Below are positions 1 through 14,216 of a DNA stretch of 64,000 bases, one piece after another. Both the position numbers and the translations under genes were made by a program. Below the pieces are notes generated by a model. The model searched no databases. It worked only from the letters and a program-made list of their open reading frames with translations, and had not been told where the DNA came from. The stretch is from the NCBI RefSeq assembly GCF_000150275.1, contig NW_002060945.1:8138011-8202010 (forward strand), in the 5' to 3' direction. Within the stretch, counting starts at the first letter, position 1; every line of letters begins with the position of its first letter. Source of the stretch: Trichoplax adhaerens (Eukaryota; Animalia; Placozoa).

Positions 1-617
1 CGATAACTGGGGTCATTTTGCTTTCACTTGGGATGCAACAATAGGTATGAAAGTAATTAAATTAAAAGAACGATTTTACATGACCGATTGGTAATCTATA
101 TAATAATTGTTACTATATGGACGAATTTTGTGTCTCTATCAATAGGTGTTCAAATGTACGTCGATGGAGTTAGCCAAGGCTTTTCTGTCCCATGTGGAAT
201 TTTAGGTTCTTCATTTAGTGTTGACGAGAAAAATCCATCATTAATCATTGGAAAACCTGCTAGTTTACCTGATAATCAATATAATACTGACTTTTATATG
301 GGTAAGATACAGTAATAGCTGCTTCGTTGATAAAAATATTACTGATTAATCATTTAGCTAATGTAAGGTCATCATGCAAAGATGAGATTTAAATAGTAAA
401 GAATTCGTTTCAATGACTATTTTCTATGCGGAGATTATTTTAATCTGTGTTTTGATGTATTTTAGATGATTTGGTAATATGGGAGAAATCCTTGAGTAGC
501 AATGAAATTAATAGCATAAGAAATGGCGGTCCTTATCACGATATGCCGAGTAATGTCGGCAGCCTTGGCAGAAGAGAGATTGTTATAGGAACTGTGGCCG
601 GTTACACGGAATTGTAA
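1..617 (+). CDS. 3' end (last 3 exons) of a LamG/pentraxin-like domain protein, paralog of the downstream astacin-LamG gene
   Basis: Exons ~1-44, 146-301 and 466-617 have GT-AG borders. They encode DNWGHFAFTWDATI-GVQMYVDG...NPSLIIGK...FYM-DDLVIWEK...GPYHDMP...GRR...*, which is colinear with exons 7-9 of the 4751-9088 gene and has the same intron phases. Whether this gene also carries the protease domain cannot be seen in this window. Confidence 0.85.
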
Positions 618-3600
618 TAAAAATACTCATTCTATGCTTTCCTATTATACAATGATTTATACGCCTTTAAGACAGCAGAATTGCCTTAATTGGAGATAGT
701 TAATCTTATAATATAATCTACTTCACCAATTCCTAATTTACGGGCCTATAGACTTAACAGTCTGTATACTGTTCTTGATAACCTATTAGTACAATATATA
801 ATTACAAATTACAGTTATGTAATTTATCAAATTTTCCCTGGCCGTAACATTGACGAATAGTTTATAATATGCATTAATACGATAGATACTTGTATTAGCG
901 AATGTCGGTATATCTAGCCAATAGCCAACTATTATAATAATAATTAATGAACTAATGGATTAATTGCATAATTACTAGCAATAAACAGGAGAAATTAAAC
1001 TCTATTGTGAAGTTCAACGCATGATTTGTAACAACTACGGTAATATAACAAACGTATTTCTTGCAATATGCTACTAGTAGCAGAAAACAAACACGGCGTT
1101 TTTTAAATACTACTATTTGTCCATTTGGATTCACGACCAATATCTGCTTAGTTGATTAATTTTGGACAGTTATCATGGGTTGTTCATACCGTAGTAATTT
1201 TAAGGTCAACCTACGCCGGAATATAGTATCGTAGCAAAAGTAGATCCAAAAGACACTAGAATAACATAGATGGTCAAACAATACTAGTTAGTATTTAAAT
1301 TAAGCTGTACGTTCGGCTTTGAAAAAGGTTGCAGATTGCATATTAATACTGTAATTTTTAGTGTTAACTGATCAAAGCAACTGTTATAAGGAGCAAGACA
1401 CTTTTCTAATAATGGAAAGATTATTTAATTATACGACTTCAATGGTTCGATTGATTATTCTAAGAAAGTTAATCCTGATCCAATTTTAATTCAAACGATG
1501 CTCGATTAGCAAAGAATACAAAAGTCACTCTATGATTCAAAATTAGCTTGGAACAATAGTAACATTTCATAAAAATTTCTAACACAGGACAAATATAGCT
1601 AATTTATCATTACTAAATATAGAATAGAAATATAGGTATAGAAAGAAGTAAAACAATGTCGGTAATTCGATATACAGTAAATGTAGTTGATAGTTTTCCT
1701 TTATTAAAAAATGATCGAAATTCCTGATCGAAATGTTTACTAGTTTTTGTTAGAGCTAATTTCTTTATTGTTGTGAAGAGTTCCTGAATTTAAGATTATT
1801 GTAATTGAAATTAAACTAGCCTAGTCATTAGCAGACAGTTGCTATCGTTTAGAAATTAATTAAACTGCTTCTGGAGATTCAGCTATGATTTACTTTAAAG
1901 GAGGTCGGCTTCTTTGCAAAGCAGTAATGACTAGATCATATAGGTATTAAGTGTTGAACTCTGTTCATGATTTGGTTACCACATTAAAAATTGTCGATAT
2001 CTCATCAGTTTAGTTACTGTCATGCCTGCAATTGCAGAATTGTAAGATGATGGTTAATTCGGATAAAATATACGCGTATCTTTGCCATTTAGTCTCTACT
2101 AGACCTTGATTAAAATGAAGCATTCTGCCATGGTCAATTGAAGAGCTTACGTATAAACTAATTAAATGAAGGCCAATTAACATAATTTTAGGTTAAGCGA
2201 TTAGAATATACCAGAATCGGAATTAGGAAAACGTTATTGCTTAATTAATAAGCTTGAAGTATTTTATAATATATTTGATCCCATGTATACTATTGGAAAT
2301 AGTAGCTTTCAGGAGTTAATGTTATCTTTACTACAGCACTTAGTAGAATGTCGATGTGTTGCTTCAAGATTGATTACAAAAAATATCTACCCTTATGTTT
2401 GCTGTAATTCGATATTAAATTTCACTACAACACCATTATACTGAATATATTCTTTTTAAGCGAAAGCTTACTTATTAAACTGTATCCTTACTTCACTGAA
2501 CTTTAGAATATATCACAATGCTATTAATTAATCGAATATCTATAATGGTCGATATCTATGTAACTTTGTTACAATATTTGCGTTTAATCTGTTGACGTAT
2601 ATGACCTATTTCATATTTTAACGTTAAAAGATACCTACGGTAGGGAGCTGATTGATAAACCGTTCTCATATCATTAACTGGTTGAGAATGATTGCTTTCT
2701 AAAAGTAAAGAAACGAAACTAGTAACTGATAAAAATGTAACGACTAAGAATAAAAATATAAAAATTAAGTTACAATAATCTATTATATAGGTCCGCAGTC
2801 GCAGACCTGGCTGAGGTAAAATTGGTTACTTATTTAACTAAACCGATAGGAAATTATTTTCGATCCAATTTCCATCTTGAAGGCTATTTAAGTCATTTAA
2901 TAATAGAGTAATGATTATTTTATAGGTCTTATAGGAAAATTTATTTATCGAATAATAAACCTTTCCCAAGATAAATTTGTAATTGATCGCAATTTATAAA
3001 TATATAAATTTTCATTAAGTCTAGCGGATCTAATTGTGCTATAAAAGTTAACATTCATTTATCTATGTATTAATAAACTCTAAGATGCGATTAGATACAT
3101 ATATCACATATATCAATTGATGACAAATATAAAGTGATACTATTACTATGACATAATAACTAGTAACAATTTTGAATCGAATAAATAATTTACTTTCTCG
3201 GGTTGAATTTCTATTTGTGTAGGATATTTTAGGATAAATACCTGACTGGCCTGATCGATATATTTTTAGAACAGGATTACATTCCTTTTGTTCTACTGGA
3301 TTGAACACCGTAATGTCAAGAATTATTATTTATTTGCAGTCTATTAAATCCTATCGCATTTTACATTAAGATACGAAGAACAAAAGCTCTTCTACCTGCT
3401 TTGTGATCGATTTATTTAATTGAGCTGCTAAAACTATTCCATTATAATATCAATTGTGAAAGTAACTGTAATAGTAAGCTTGACTTGAAGCTATTAATTG
3501 ACCAATCAAGAAATAACATAATTTATATGCATATTGCACTAAAGCCTGGAAATAAGTTTAATGTGAAGATAATCTATAATTGTGGTATTTTAAAAACCAT

Positions 3601-4750
3601 AAGGACACTACAATTGAAAAAAATAATATTCAGATCTGAAATTTTATTGTTTCATCAATTCAAGGCGGTTTAATTAATCAGTATATTATTTAAAGAGAAA
3701 AAATTACTGTCAATGTTTGGGCGAAATTAAAGAATGATATCATGATATGTATCACTTGCAGTGCATGAAATTATTTCTATTAGTATCGAATGAAGGGTAA
3801 AAAATTTATTAACAATAATTAATTATACTGTACGCTTGTATTCATAGCTGTTATTGCTCTTTGAAATTTATTTTCGAAGTAATTGCGTAGGAGGATATGC
3901 TACCAAATTAGCGGAAAATCTACAATCTGATTCAGATAGTAATTATAAATGCGTCGTTGAGATGAATTTTGATCAGGTATAGTGTTTGATTACATTATTA
4001 GACAATATTTTCGGTCAACTAGCCGTTACCGTTATCATCGAATAAGTAATAAAATAAAACTATGTGAGTAAACATATTAATAATTAAATTCTTTAATTAT
4101 AGTTGAAATCTAGATTAGTAATAAGAAAATTAATACATTAAGTTATGCAATTTTATGGCTAACTTGCAAATATGATCATAAGAACATGCGAGTAAACAAT
4201 GATGTTTACGGATGTTTGAATCAAGTGGATCAAAACAATCAGTAGGAATACCACAAAACCATAAAAGCGTACCTTCCTTATTATAATTCATTTCACAAAC
4301 AAATAATTCCTTTATCTTTCCTAGCTGCTGTATAAATTATATTTGTTTTCAAGATCTAAGTCGGCCATAATTAATTATGCTGCGAAATTTTATTGCGAGA
4401 AATTACCGGTATTGACTTTCCTTTACATTATTAATGTACAACTTGGCATTGAGCTAATTTTCATGTCATCTGGAATTGGGGTCTACAGTATATATAAAGC
4501 GATCCTTATCCAATTTTTTTATAATTTGAAGGACCTTTTTTGCTGTGGATATACTTGACCTTAAGTATATTTATTTACCGTCATCCTATAGTAAAAATTT
4601 ATATTTTCAATCAGTTACTAGTCATCGCGATTACTGTAATTATTGACAATATCTAAGATACTTTTCTAAGTTGATTTCAATATTTAGACTACTCTATTTC
4701 CTATTACCCCATTCAAAATTATCGGCGGCAATTTCTAACTCTGACTAACC

Positions 4751-7700
4751 ATGGTAACAAAATCTAGATTTCTATACTTTTGGAGCTGCCTGACTATTTG
4801 CACGCTACATACAGAAGTTTATGCAACTACAGCATCCACCTCCTCAACTACAACCAAAAGTACATCAACCCTTCGGGGCACCGCTACACCGTTATTTTTA
4901 AATCCAGATGATTTATCCGCCATTACAGGCCATAAGCCTTTATCGGAAATGGACTCCATTTACTCATCTATGGGTAAAGATATGGCCTACAAAGATTACT
5001 TAATGCAATTAAATTCTCAGAGACAAATCAGCATTTACAAACATATTGAATATAGTACCAACCAAACTTATCGAGACCAGTTTCGCAATACGTATTCCGC
5101 AGATGCAAATATTGACGTTGTTACTGAAAACCGCCCATTTACATCAATTATCAGCGATATCAATTCACGTAAGATTTATAACAATATTACAGTATAACTT
5201 GAGTTCTTACTCCTTAATTATATATATGAATATTGAAATATTTCATTTATAATATGTAATAGAACTTGGTCTAAAAGATCATTTACTGGAATCGGATATA
5301 TTAGTCCCTAATTCAATCTTTAATAATCGAAGTTACGATCAAGGAACAATACGCAAACGTTATCTTCCTTCAGGTGGAATTGCTGGTCAAATTTGGGGCT
5401 TAATGGTACCCTACAAATTTATTCCCGGTTACTGTAAGTTGATTACATTTATCATTTAATCGTATATGCGATACTAAAATTTGTAGGCTCTCTAGAAAGG
5501 ATATAATTTATATCATTTAATATCTCTGTCATTACTTTTTTTGTTAGCATCTGGTGATAAACAGAAAGTATTAGATGCAATGGACAAGATTAAAACGGCA
5601 ACATGTATCGATTTTCACGTTAAATCGGGTGGAGATAGTGATTATTTGGACATTACAAATGTTGTAGGGTAAGCTTTCATCATAGTTTTCTAAGAAATTT
5701 GAAGATATTAATCGGCAAATGTGCATGGAGAATACATGTTTCTTAACTCTGGGAATGCAATTTCCTGTTTTACTATTATTTTATTTGGGAGCTATAAGAG
5801 AAAATAATTTGAATATTGGAGATAGATATAATTCTATTAAGAAAATAATATAGATCAATTTTGTGTACTCTTTATGTAAGGCGTTAATAATGTTATAAGT
5901 TATAATAAGTTCTTATCCTAATCATAATTGCTGAAGAGGTTTTTTAGCATGTAATACGCTTTCGTAAAAATAATTGTAAGTTGAAAATAGAATCGAAAAG
6001 AATGGACAGCCTGCCTAGTGTTTGTTTTGATAAAATTCCACATCAATAATTAATTTTATTAAAGATAAAGTTATTTATAGTCGATAAAGATCATTCGTAT
6101 TTTAATGATTTCTGTAGTTGTCTTCTTACAGTCTGCTAAAGGTAATTAATATCCAAAATGCCTCATAAAGCCCTAATGTTACTGTAAATAGGATTTAGGA
6201 TTCCAAGGAATATCCTATAATGCTATGGCTATAACAAAACATACTTAATTTTAGTTACAGCAATGAATGAAACGTATAGTGAGAAAAGTTTTATTCCGAC
6301 AAAAGATGGTTTATAAATAATGTCTTATATTAATTATCGTCACATTGAGTCATTACGACGTTTTAAAGAATATCAATCTGCCTGACAATCGTAATCGTAA
6401 TGACAGTAAATTAAATATTTGTGAAATTAAGCGAAATTTTTATATTTTAACTGGATATCTAATCTATCTGCTCGGTGATATTCAGCATTAACTTTGTCAT
6501 AGATAATTTTGTTCGTTGATTTGGAATTTTTATGCGATATGTATAGAGACACTGCAGCTCATCAGTAAATTCTATCCCAGTAATCCATTTCTTAAGAGCT
6601 ATACACGCGATAATTAGTGAAATTATGAATACGTATTATAAAAATACAATATCTTGAGTTCTTTTCAAGTACATCTCTCATACCATTTGTACACATTTAT
6701 AAAACCATTGAGACTCGGATGATGTATTTTTATCCAATTGCACGATTTAAATCAAAGGTTAATGCTCATTTCTAGGTGTTCATCAGCCGTTGGTAAACAT
6801 GGCGGGGCTCAAGTTCTGTCCTTAGCTAGCACTTGCGTTAGTGAAGAAGGAATTATTCTTCATGAATTACTACATGCATTAGGCATCCATCATACACAAT
6901 CTCGCCTAGATCGTGATAATTATATTAGTATCAATACTAATAACGTTGCTCAAGGTGAGTTCATAATAAGTAATTAAGTATCGGATTCAATTTATCCAAT
7001 ATTAAATTACTTAAAGATAAAATCGATTTTGGATAGCTAAAAATAAGTCATTATCGAAAGTTACATACAGCATAAATTCATTCTCTAAAGTATTTACCTA
7101 TTCAAAATCTACAGTATATATGACTGAAATAAATATTATTTTACACGTATCATTATGCTATATCATCCTTTGAATGATATCGAAATATAATCAATACATA
7201 AGATACAAATACCAACAGCGATGGTTATTAATCATTCTTCAATGTTTCTCAATTTTCATTAGGAGATCTTCCCAACTTTGATATCTATCCTAATCAGCAT
7301 ACCGATCCATATTCGGTCGAATACGATTATCAGTCAGTTATGCACTATGGGGAAGACGATTTTAGCACCGGTGGTACAGTTATTACACCATTAGCTACTG
7401 GAGCAAGTATTGGACAACGCAATGGTTTAAGTTATCTGGATAAAGTAACGCTAAATCTATTATACGGGTGTTATGGTTAGTTATGTTAATTTTAGGATAT
7501 TAATAGCGCTTAAGTCTATAGTAATAAAATAACATCGGTGATGACGAGACCTTTGAGATATTCAACTTTGCATTTTTTTCTTTTATTTTATTTAACACTA
7601 TTTAGATAAAACACCGCATTATTGGCCTATGGATGAAATTGATACGACTAACGATTTAGTAGTTGGAACTACTGATGTGACTGGACCTACATTCAGTAGT

Positions 7701-9088
7701 GACCCACAATTTTTAACAGGACTTGATGGTGGTTATCATCTGAATGCTTTACGTATCAGAAGTGAAGATGGTTATGCTAATCTAGGTAAAAAGTAGATCA
7801 AAACTTTATGACATTCAAGTATCTATTAATGTATTACTTTCCCAATTTAAATGATCTTAATAACAGAATACTAATTTTGCTTTTATTTAGGCTCACACCC
7901 AAATAAATGTCTTGTTGATCCAGAAAGGTGTAATAATGGCTTTACTCTTCTATTTTGGCTTAAAATAGAAGATCGCCATCTGTACAAACAGCACATAATC
8001 TCAAGTCTTGATCGATCTAGTGAAGATCGCGGCTTTGAAATACAATTCGATTCACTACCGCTTATTGGTCGCTTTTTAGAGATTCATGTCCAACAAGAAG
8101 ATCAACATGACATCTTACCAATATTCAATGACTACAAGTACTGGAATCATATAGCCGTGACATGGAGTACCACTAACGGTAAGTTAATTGATGTAAGGAT
8201 CTAAGCTATTGACGAATTTTGCAATAATTGATAAGAGGAACAGCTTTGGTCAAATTCTTAATTAATTATTTCAGTTGCGTTCATAGTTATATCACGACGT
8301 ATATTATCGATATGATTTAAATCGTGTAGTGGGCTTTAAATTATATCTAGATATGGAATAGGTCATTCTTTCAATATCTCTTTTATTCTCTAGAAATAAA
8401 TGCACTAATATTCAACAAATTTTCTTGAATGTTATCTTCATTGTAGGTATAAAATCATACGTAAATGGCACGGTCAATAATATCCCTGCTATACAGATCC
8501 CAAATGGAATGAGTATAGACGATAACAAACCTAGCTTGATTATTGGTAAATCGCCTGATCTTAATGGGAGTGATGATGCGGACTTTTTAATAGGTAAAAT
8601 ATACTCGAATATCACTGTACACGGTATATTGCTTTCAAGGCTACATTAAATCGAGCTGCAATAAGTAATAGTACCTATTTTAAGGTATAGGATTAATTTT
8701 ATTCTTTATCCAACACGATTCAAATTCTATATGGCCAGTCTACAATGCAATAGAATTAAAATAATAAAAAAGTACATTAAATGATTTAAAGGGTTCAATC
8801 GACGATTTTTATACCATATGCACGTTTATTAAACTATTTTTCATACTACATAAATATTGTATTTGCTACAAAAGAATTTCTTCGTACCATTTATGATCTA
8901 ATTTTCTCTCTATATTTTATAATACTACTATTCCAGACGACGTAGTATTCTGGGAGAAAGAAATTTCGGTAGCAGAAATCTGTAACATCAGAGATAATGG
9001 ACCATATCATGATATTCCTTCTGGTGAAGGCAGCCACGGGAGACGAGCTACCACAATTGGAACATTAACATCTTATGTTGGTCTATAA
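4751..9088 (+). CDS. Secreted astacin-family (M12A) zinc metalloprotease with C-terminal LamG/pentraxin-like domain, 9 exons
   Basis: Exons ~4751-5168, 5263-5433, 5548-5668, 6776-6954, 7263-7475, 7606-7785, 7891-8178, 8447-8593 and 8937-9088 splice in frame. Motifs: hydrophobic N-terminus, S/T-rich stretch, prodomain LLESDI, dibasic RKR (5352-5360), TCIDF, GCSSAVG, Zn motif HELLHALGIHH (6861-6893), Met-turn SVMHY, then HYWPMDE...CLVDPERCNNGFTLLFWLK...WNHIAVTW...YVNG...LIIGK...DDVVFWEK. Confidence 0.9.
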
Positions 9089-11332
9089 TTTTCTTTACTA
9101 ATGAAGATGAAATGACATTAAATGTCATAGGCTTAAAATGAACACAATAATAAATTTCATTGCCAAATATATCCGTTAGTAGACTAGAAATTTAAATCAG
9201 TAGAAAATTGAAAAATTTTCTACGAGATGATAAGCTAAGACATCCTTTATTGTATTATATGGTATTAAAGATAGTTCAATACCCCTATAAATGTATTAAT
9301 TGTACTCTTTTATTAGGAAATTATATGTATATGATAATTTTAACAAATCCTGCATTAAAAGCAGCATAGCAATAACTTAAGCAGACGCTGTGAAAAATAT
9401 ATAGATATTCCAGTATAAATTAATCATGACATATATCATAATAAGGAATGCAGTTTCAAATTTGCTCCAATTGACTTTCGTACTATTAATTAGCGGAGGA
9501 ATTGGAATGTATTTCATTAAAAAAAGATAGCCTCATAACATTCCTTTTCGTAATTACTACCAATTCTGTACTAGAAATTTAAGAAGAAGAATTATTCAAT
9601 CGGACGCAAATTGCAATAAAAATATTGACATCACTAGCTACATCTGCATGTGTCATTTTATTCTTGAGAATGATGGATTGATCATAATTTAATGATTCAA
9701 ATAATATTAATTATTTAAGTAGTAGAAAAATGACTAGGCCTATTATAGTTTTATTCACGTAACGGTAGGATGTCTACCGATAAAAAGTAGTAAAAGACTA
9801 GTTTATTTTAATAAAGAAGTTAGTGGCACACATGCTTAGAACTACTATTATCATATACTTATGAAATTTTATACACTGTCACAATAATAAAGCAAATTCA
9901 ATAATACACTCCTGTCATTAAAAATGCAAATGGAAGGAAATGCTTTGAGCCTTGCATTTATTGCAAATCTCATTACAAATACTACCTGATCGTTCTAATA
10001 TCTGGCCTATGTATTACTATTGTCAATTGAATGTGAATATTCAATACTCGCAGACTGGGTCAAATTTCTTGTAATACTACATTAAATTTAAAAACATGCT
10101 CGATAGATAGTTTGCATGTATGCTGATATCAAGATCAATTGGAGTTATAGTTCTGGCCATGTAGTAAGTAGTATAGTTTCGATATTCTGCAGTACCAATG
10201 TAAGAGTTATTGATATCAACGGAGTTAAAGGCAGGAAGTAAGAGAGTCAATATAGTATACTGGGCATGCTTTTAAATTCAACTCCAGAATGTATCCGATA
10301 TTCATTATAATTATCCGCGAACATCCTATAAAGTAACAAGAATTATCTTGAACTGACAACAGATATTCAATACGATTGGTTATATCAAACTTAGTTGCCA
10401 TTTATGGAATCAAATATGATATTACACTGCAATTTTTTAGACTATGCCATTAAATTATATGTAATGTTGAAGCTATAATTTGCTATTACAAGCTCTTGAA
10501 ATTCTACCAGACTTTATCACTTATGCGTGTACAAGTATATTTCCATAAACAGAGACCAGAGACTGAGTCGACAATGATCTTGATTTACGATTATTGCTAT
10601 CTAAGTCTTAATTATAAATATAATATTACCCTACATTTTACCGGGGCTCGAGCAACTAGTCGTATTAAACTACGCAAGTATTATAGCCTATGGTAGTGCA
10701 TATTAGTAATTCTACATTTAATTAAAAATTTAATTCAAGTACTAAACTCACGGCACTAGAAAACTATACCCGGGTATTAATTAATGATTAGGGCTAGTCT
10801 TTATTGTAAAGACAGTGCACAGATAGAGATTGATAGTAAAGTAATAATTTTTCTAATTCTATTACAATCCTCAGGACTTTCGTTATAGAATGATACAGAA
10901 TCAGAGCAGAGAAGCGGTTGCTAGTGCTGATTTAAGTTATAGAGTATCCTACACGCGTTAGCACCAAGTTGCCACAGACTTGGATACAATCCTTAATTTC
11001 TAGTATAGAGTAACACAGAGTTAGAGGTAGAGCAGCAGCATTATTTCCAAATGGGAACTTGAAAGTATCCAGAAAATAGCGTCTTTGCAACCGGGTGTTT
11101 CTCTTCTATCGATCATTCTTTCAGTAACAACATTTTTAAAATCTGATACAACTTATCTTGCTTTTAGGTATATATTTCTGGTAGAGAGGCTCATTAAATT
11201 GCCCTACTTTACTATTAAGGCCGCCATTTTATGATTAGTTTAAGTATGATGGATATTATTGCATACTAATACGAGTTTATCCTATTTCTTATGTAATGTT
11301 TCTATCTAGGTAACGTTTCTTACAACATAATC

Positions 11333-14216
11333 ATGGCGTTAAAAAGTGACGAAAATGAAAATTGTGACATTGGCCATCCATATCTCCATACCAATTTCTT
11401 CTTTAAATATTGCTCATTCTGGTATGTCCTCCTCACAGTAGCGTACATGCTATAGTTATTATCAATATATATTTGAATATCAGTGCATATATCATATCTA
11501 GGCCTCCAAATCTAAAGAAAATTTAATTCGTGGTAGCTTTGTCGTTCGATAACTGATATAAAGACTTGAAGTTACTGCAAATTTTGCAATTATTACCGTA
11601 CTGTTTCGTTACTCGATGATAATTTTATAACCTTAGGACACTTTGGCTTGCTTTAAAAATTAAAATTATTCTAGAGCAATCGTACTATAGCTATGGATAT
11701 TTCAAGTTATCGCCAATCTTTCAACTGTAGTTGTATACTGAATTGTTGTTTTAGTGTATGAATTTTATTTAATATAAATCAATCGTTTAATTTATATTTC
11801 ATTAATAATTTAAATTGTGGTAAAATTTGTATTGTTTAACGCGATGGTGTGGCTATCACGTAGATATTCTAAGTGGATTATACTTGACATTTGTAGCATT
11901 TGCTGGTGTATTCAGTTTAAAAGGTGAAGTTTATAAAAAAACTTTTATAATTACTATTAAATGTTGATGTCAAGCAAGTATAGAAAGAAAGGAATGTGTA
12001 GTAAATGAATGATAACAAGTGTTAATCCATTTTTATAATGTGAACTATTGTAGCAATCTCGTCTAAGCCCTAACCTGTAAGCATGAATAGAAATTTTAGT
12101 TAGATGAGCTATACTTTAGAGGTCTTGACATTTTAAATTAACGGAATAGTTATAGCGAAAACTTATAAAATGTGAAGTGATTAAATATATAAATCGATGT
12201 TATTCGCGTATTTTAGATATTAGTGCTGGTGGAATCGGCCTTTCCTTCACTTACACTGTCCTTTTGCTGGGAAATCCGTAGTGGTTTGTAAGGCAAACTG
12301 CAGAACTCGAGAATCAGATCATTGTATAATATTTTAAAATATTTATATCTGCGTTTAACCAATAGCTATTTTACTCATTATATTTTTCCTTTTTTTTGTG
12401 GCTTTAAAAGAATATTCAAAGCATTAGATGAGAGTTATACCTCATCTAAAGCAAGGAATTGTATTGTATCTATTAGAACATAAAATGAAATATTCACTTA
12501 TTACATTTTTAGATGACATCTGTGGAAAGAATTAAAGAATATACGGAGATAAAGCCTGAAAGTGCCAACACTGAAGTTACCACACCGAAGGATTGGCCAA
12601 GTAATGGTAGAATTAACTTCGAACATATGTCATTCCGTCACCATAAGAAGTTGCCTTACGTTTTCCATGATATAAGCTGTTCTATTAAACCTAGAGAGAA
12701 GGTAGATTCTAAGTTAATATTAACAATTACCTCTAGACATTAAAATTTAATATACAGTGTAATGTACCTGACTGTTTAATTGAATTACTAATGATTTCTG
12801 ATCCATTGGTATTGTTATCATGATTGCATACATACTAATGTAGATTCTCACTGGAATTATTAAAATAGATGGAGTTCGATATCCAATGTTGGTCTTAGCT
12901 TTCTTCGTGGTAAGATTTCTGTGATACCCCAAGTAATAAAGTGCTGTCCTTGATTAACATTTAAGCTTTGTACGAATTTTTATGAAATTGAAAATGCACT
13001 TTGATTTATAGCTCGATCTACTATGTACTTTATAGTAATATGAAACCTGAAATATAAAAGTTTTTTCGGTAGATTTTTTTATGCCTTAGAAACTATAATT
13101 TTAAGTTTAACTTATGATTTTATTGGTACAGGATCCATCATTGTTTGTCGGAACATTACGTAGCAATCTTGATCCATTTAATGCCTATGACGATTCTCAA
13201 CTATGGAGAGCCTTAGATGAAGTATTTTAAAAATATAAATTTAAATGCATACCATAACAGCCTATAGCTTAGGAGTCTTGATAGTATGACATACCGTTCT
13301 GTACTAAGGGCGATACTCAAGAAGAATAAAATTTTAATAATTGATGAGGCAACTGCTAATGTCGATTTCAGGTATTCTGTATGTTAACATTCATGAATCT
13401 TCGCATTATATTAAGTACTGTACACAGTGATTATTAACCTACGTTGAGTGATGTCTAAATACGTAGATTTGTCAATTCTATTTACTTGATTGCTTACCTT
13501 TATATCTAATGCTACTATTTTTTTTTATAATCAATCATGGCTTTGATGCTTATAGCACCGATCAAATCATTCAAAAGTCGATTAGAAACAAGTTTCGTCA
13601 TTGCACTGTCATAAGGATTGCTCATCGACTAAATACAATAATAGACTGTGATCGAATTATGGTAAGTTGCAAAGTGACTTCATCTTATTACGGAATTAAT
13701 TTTAGAAATATCGCATAGTCTCAAAATACCTGTATAAATGCGTACTATAAAGAATCGTATTTAGTTCTAAATGCCTTTCATTACAAGGTTAAAAACCATG
13801 TAATATGATATTTGCCTTATAGCTACCTCTGCCCATGTAATTTTATTTTACTTTCTATTCAAATTTTTAGCTGTTTAAAGATGGCCGATTGGTTGAATTC
13901 GACTCGGCATTCAATTTACTACAGAATCAGAATTCTCAGTTTTTTTAAAATGGTGAATAAGACTGAATCAAAAGCACGAGAAAGACTTTATGATATGGCA
14001 AGAAAAGTTCATCTACAGGGTAATAAATCAACTCGTTTATTGGAGTCAATTCCAGTTACTGACACTGACGACATAAATGCCAAGATTTTGCCGCCTCCAA
14101 TTGCAAAAAAAACTAGTTACAACTGTTTAGTTGTGTGGCAGGAAACCTTTATTATACATTTCGATTTGATTATCTCGCTAATTAAAACCATCCATTTATC
14201 AAAATCTTTGCATTAA
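11333..14216 (+). pseudogene. ABCC4/MRP4-like pseudogene with large internal deletion
   Basis: Exon 1 looks intact (11333-11421, ...GHPYLHTNFFFKYCSFW) but is followed directly by a TMD2 exon fragment at ~11830-11923, so exons 2-16 are absent. Further lesions: in-frame TAG at 12279-12281, loss of the GT donor after ...ELENQ (~12319 reads AT), deleted NBD2 Walker A and signature segments, and a frameshift in a T-run of the last exon (~13940). Confidence 0.85.

Noticed and set aside
620-4750. Short ORFs in the intergenic region between the astacin-type paralogs
   Set aside because: These are AT-rich, low-complexity translations with no motifs or exon pattern.
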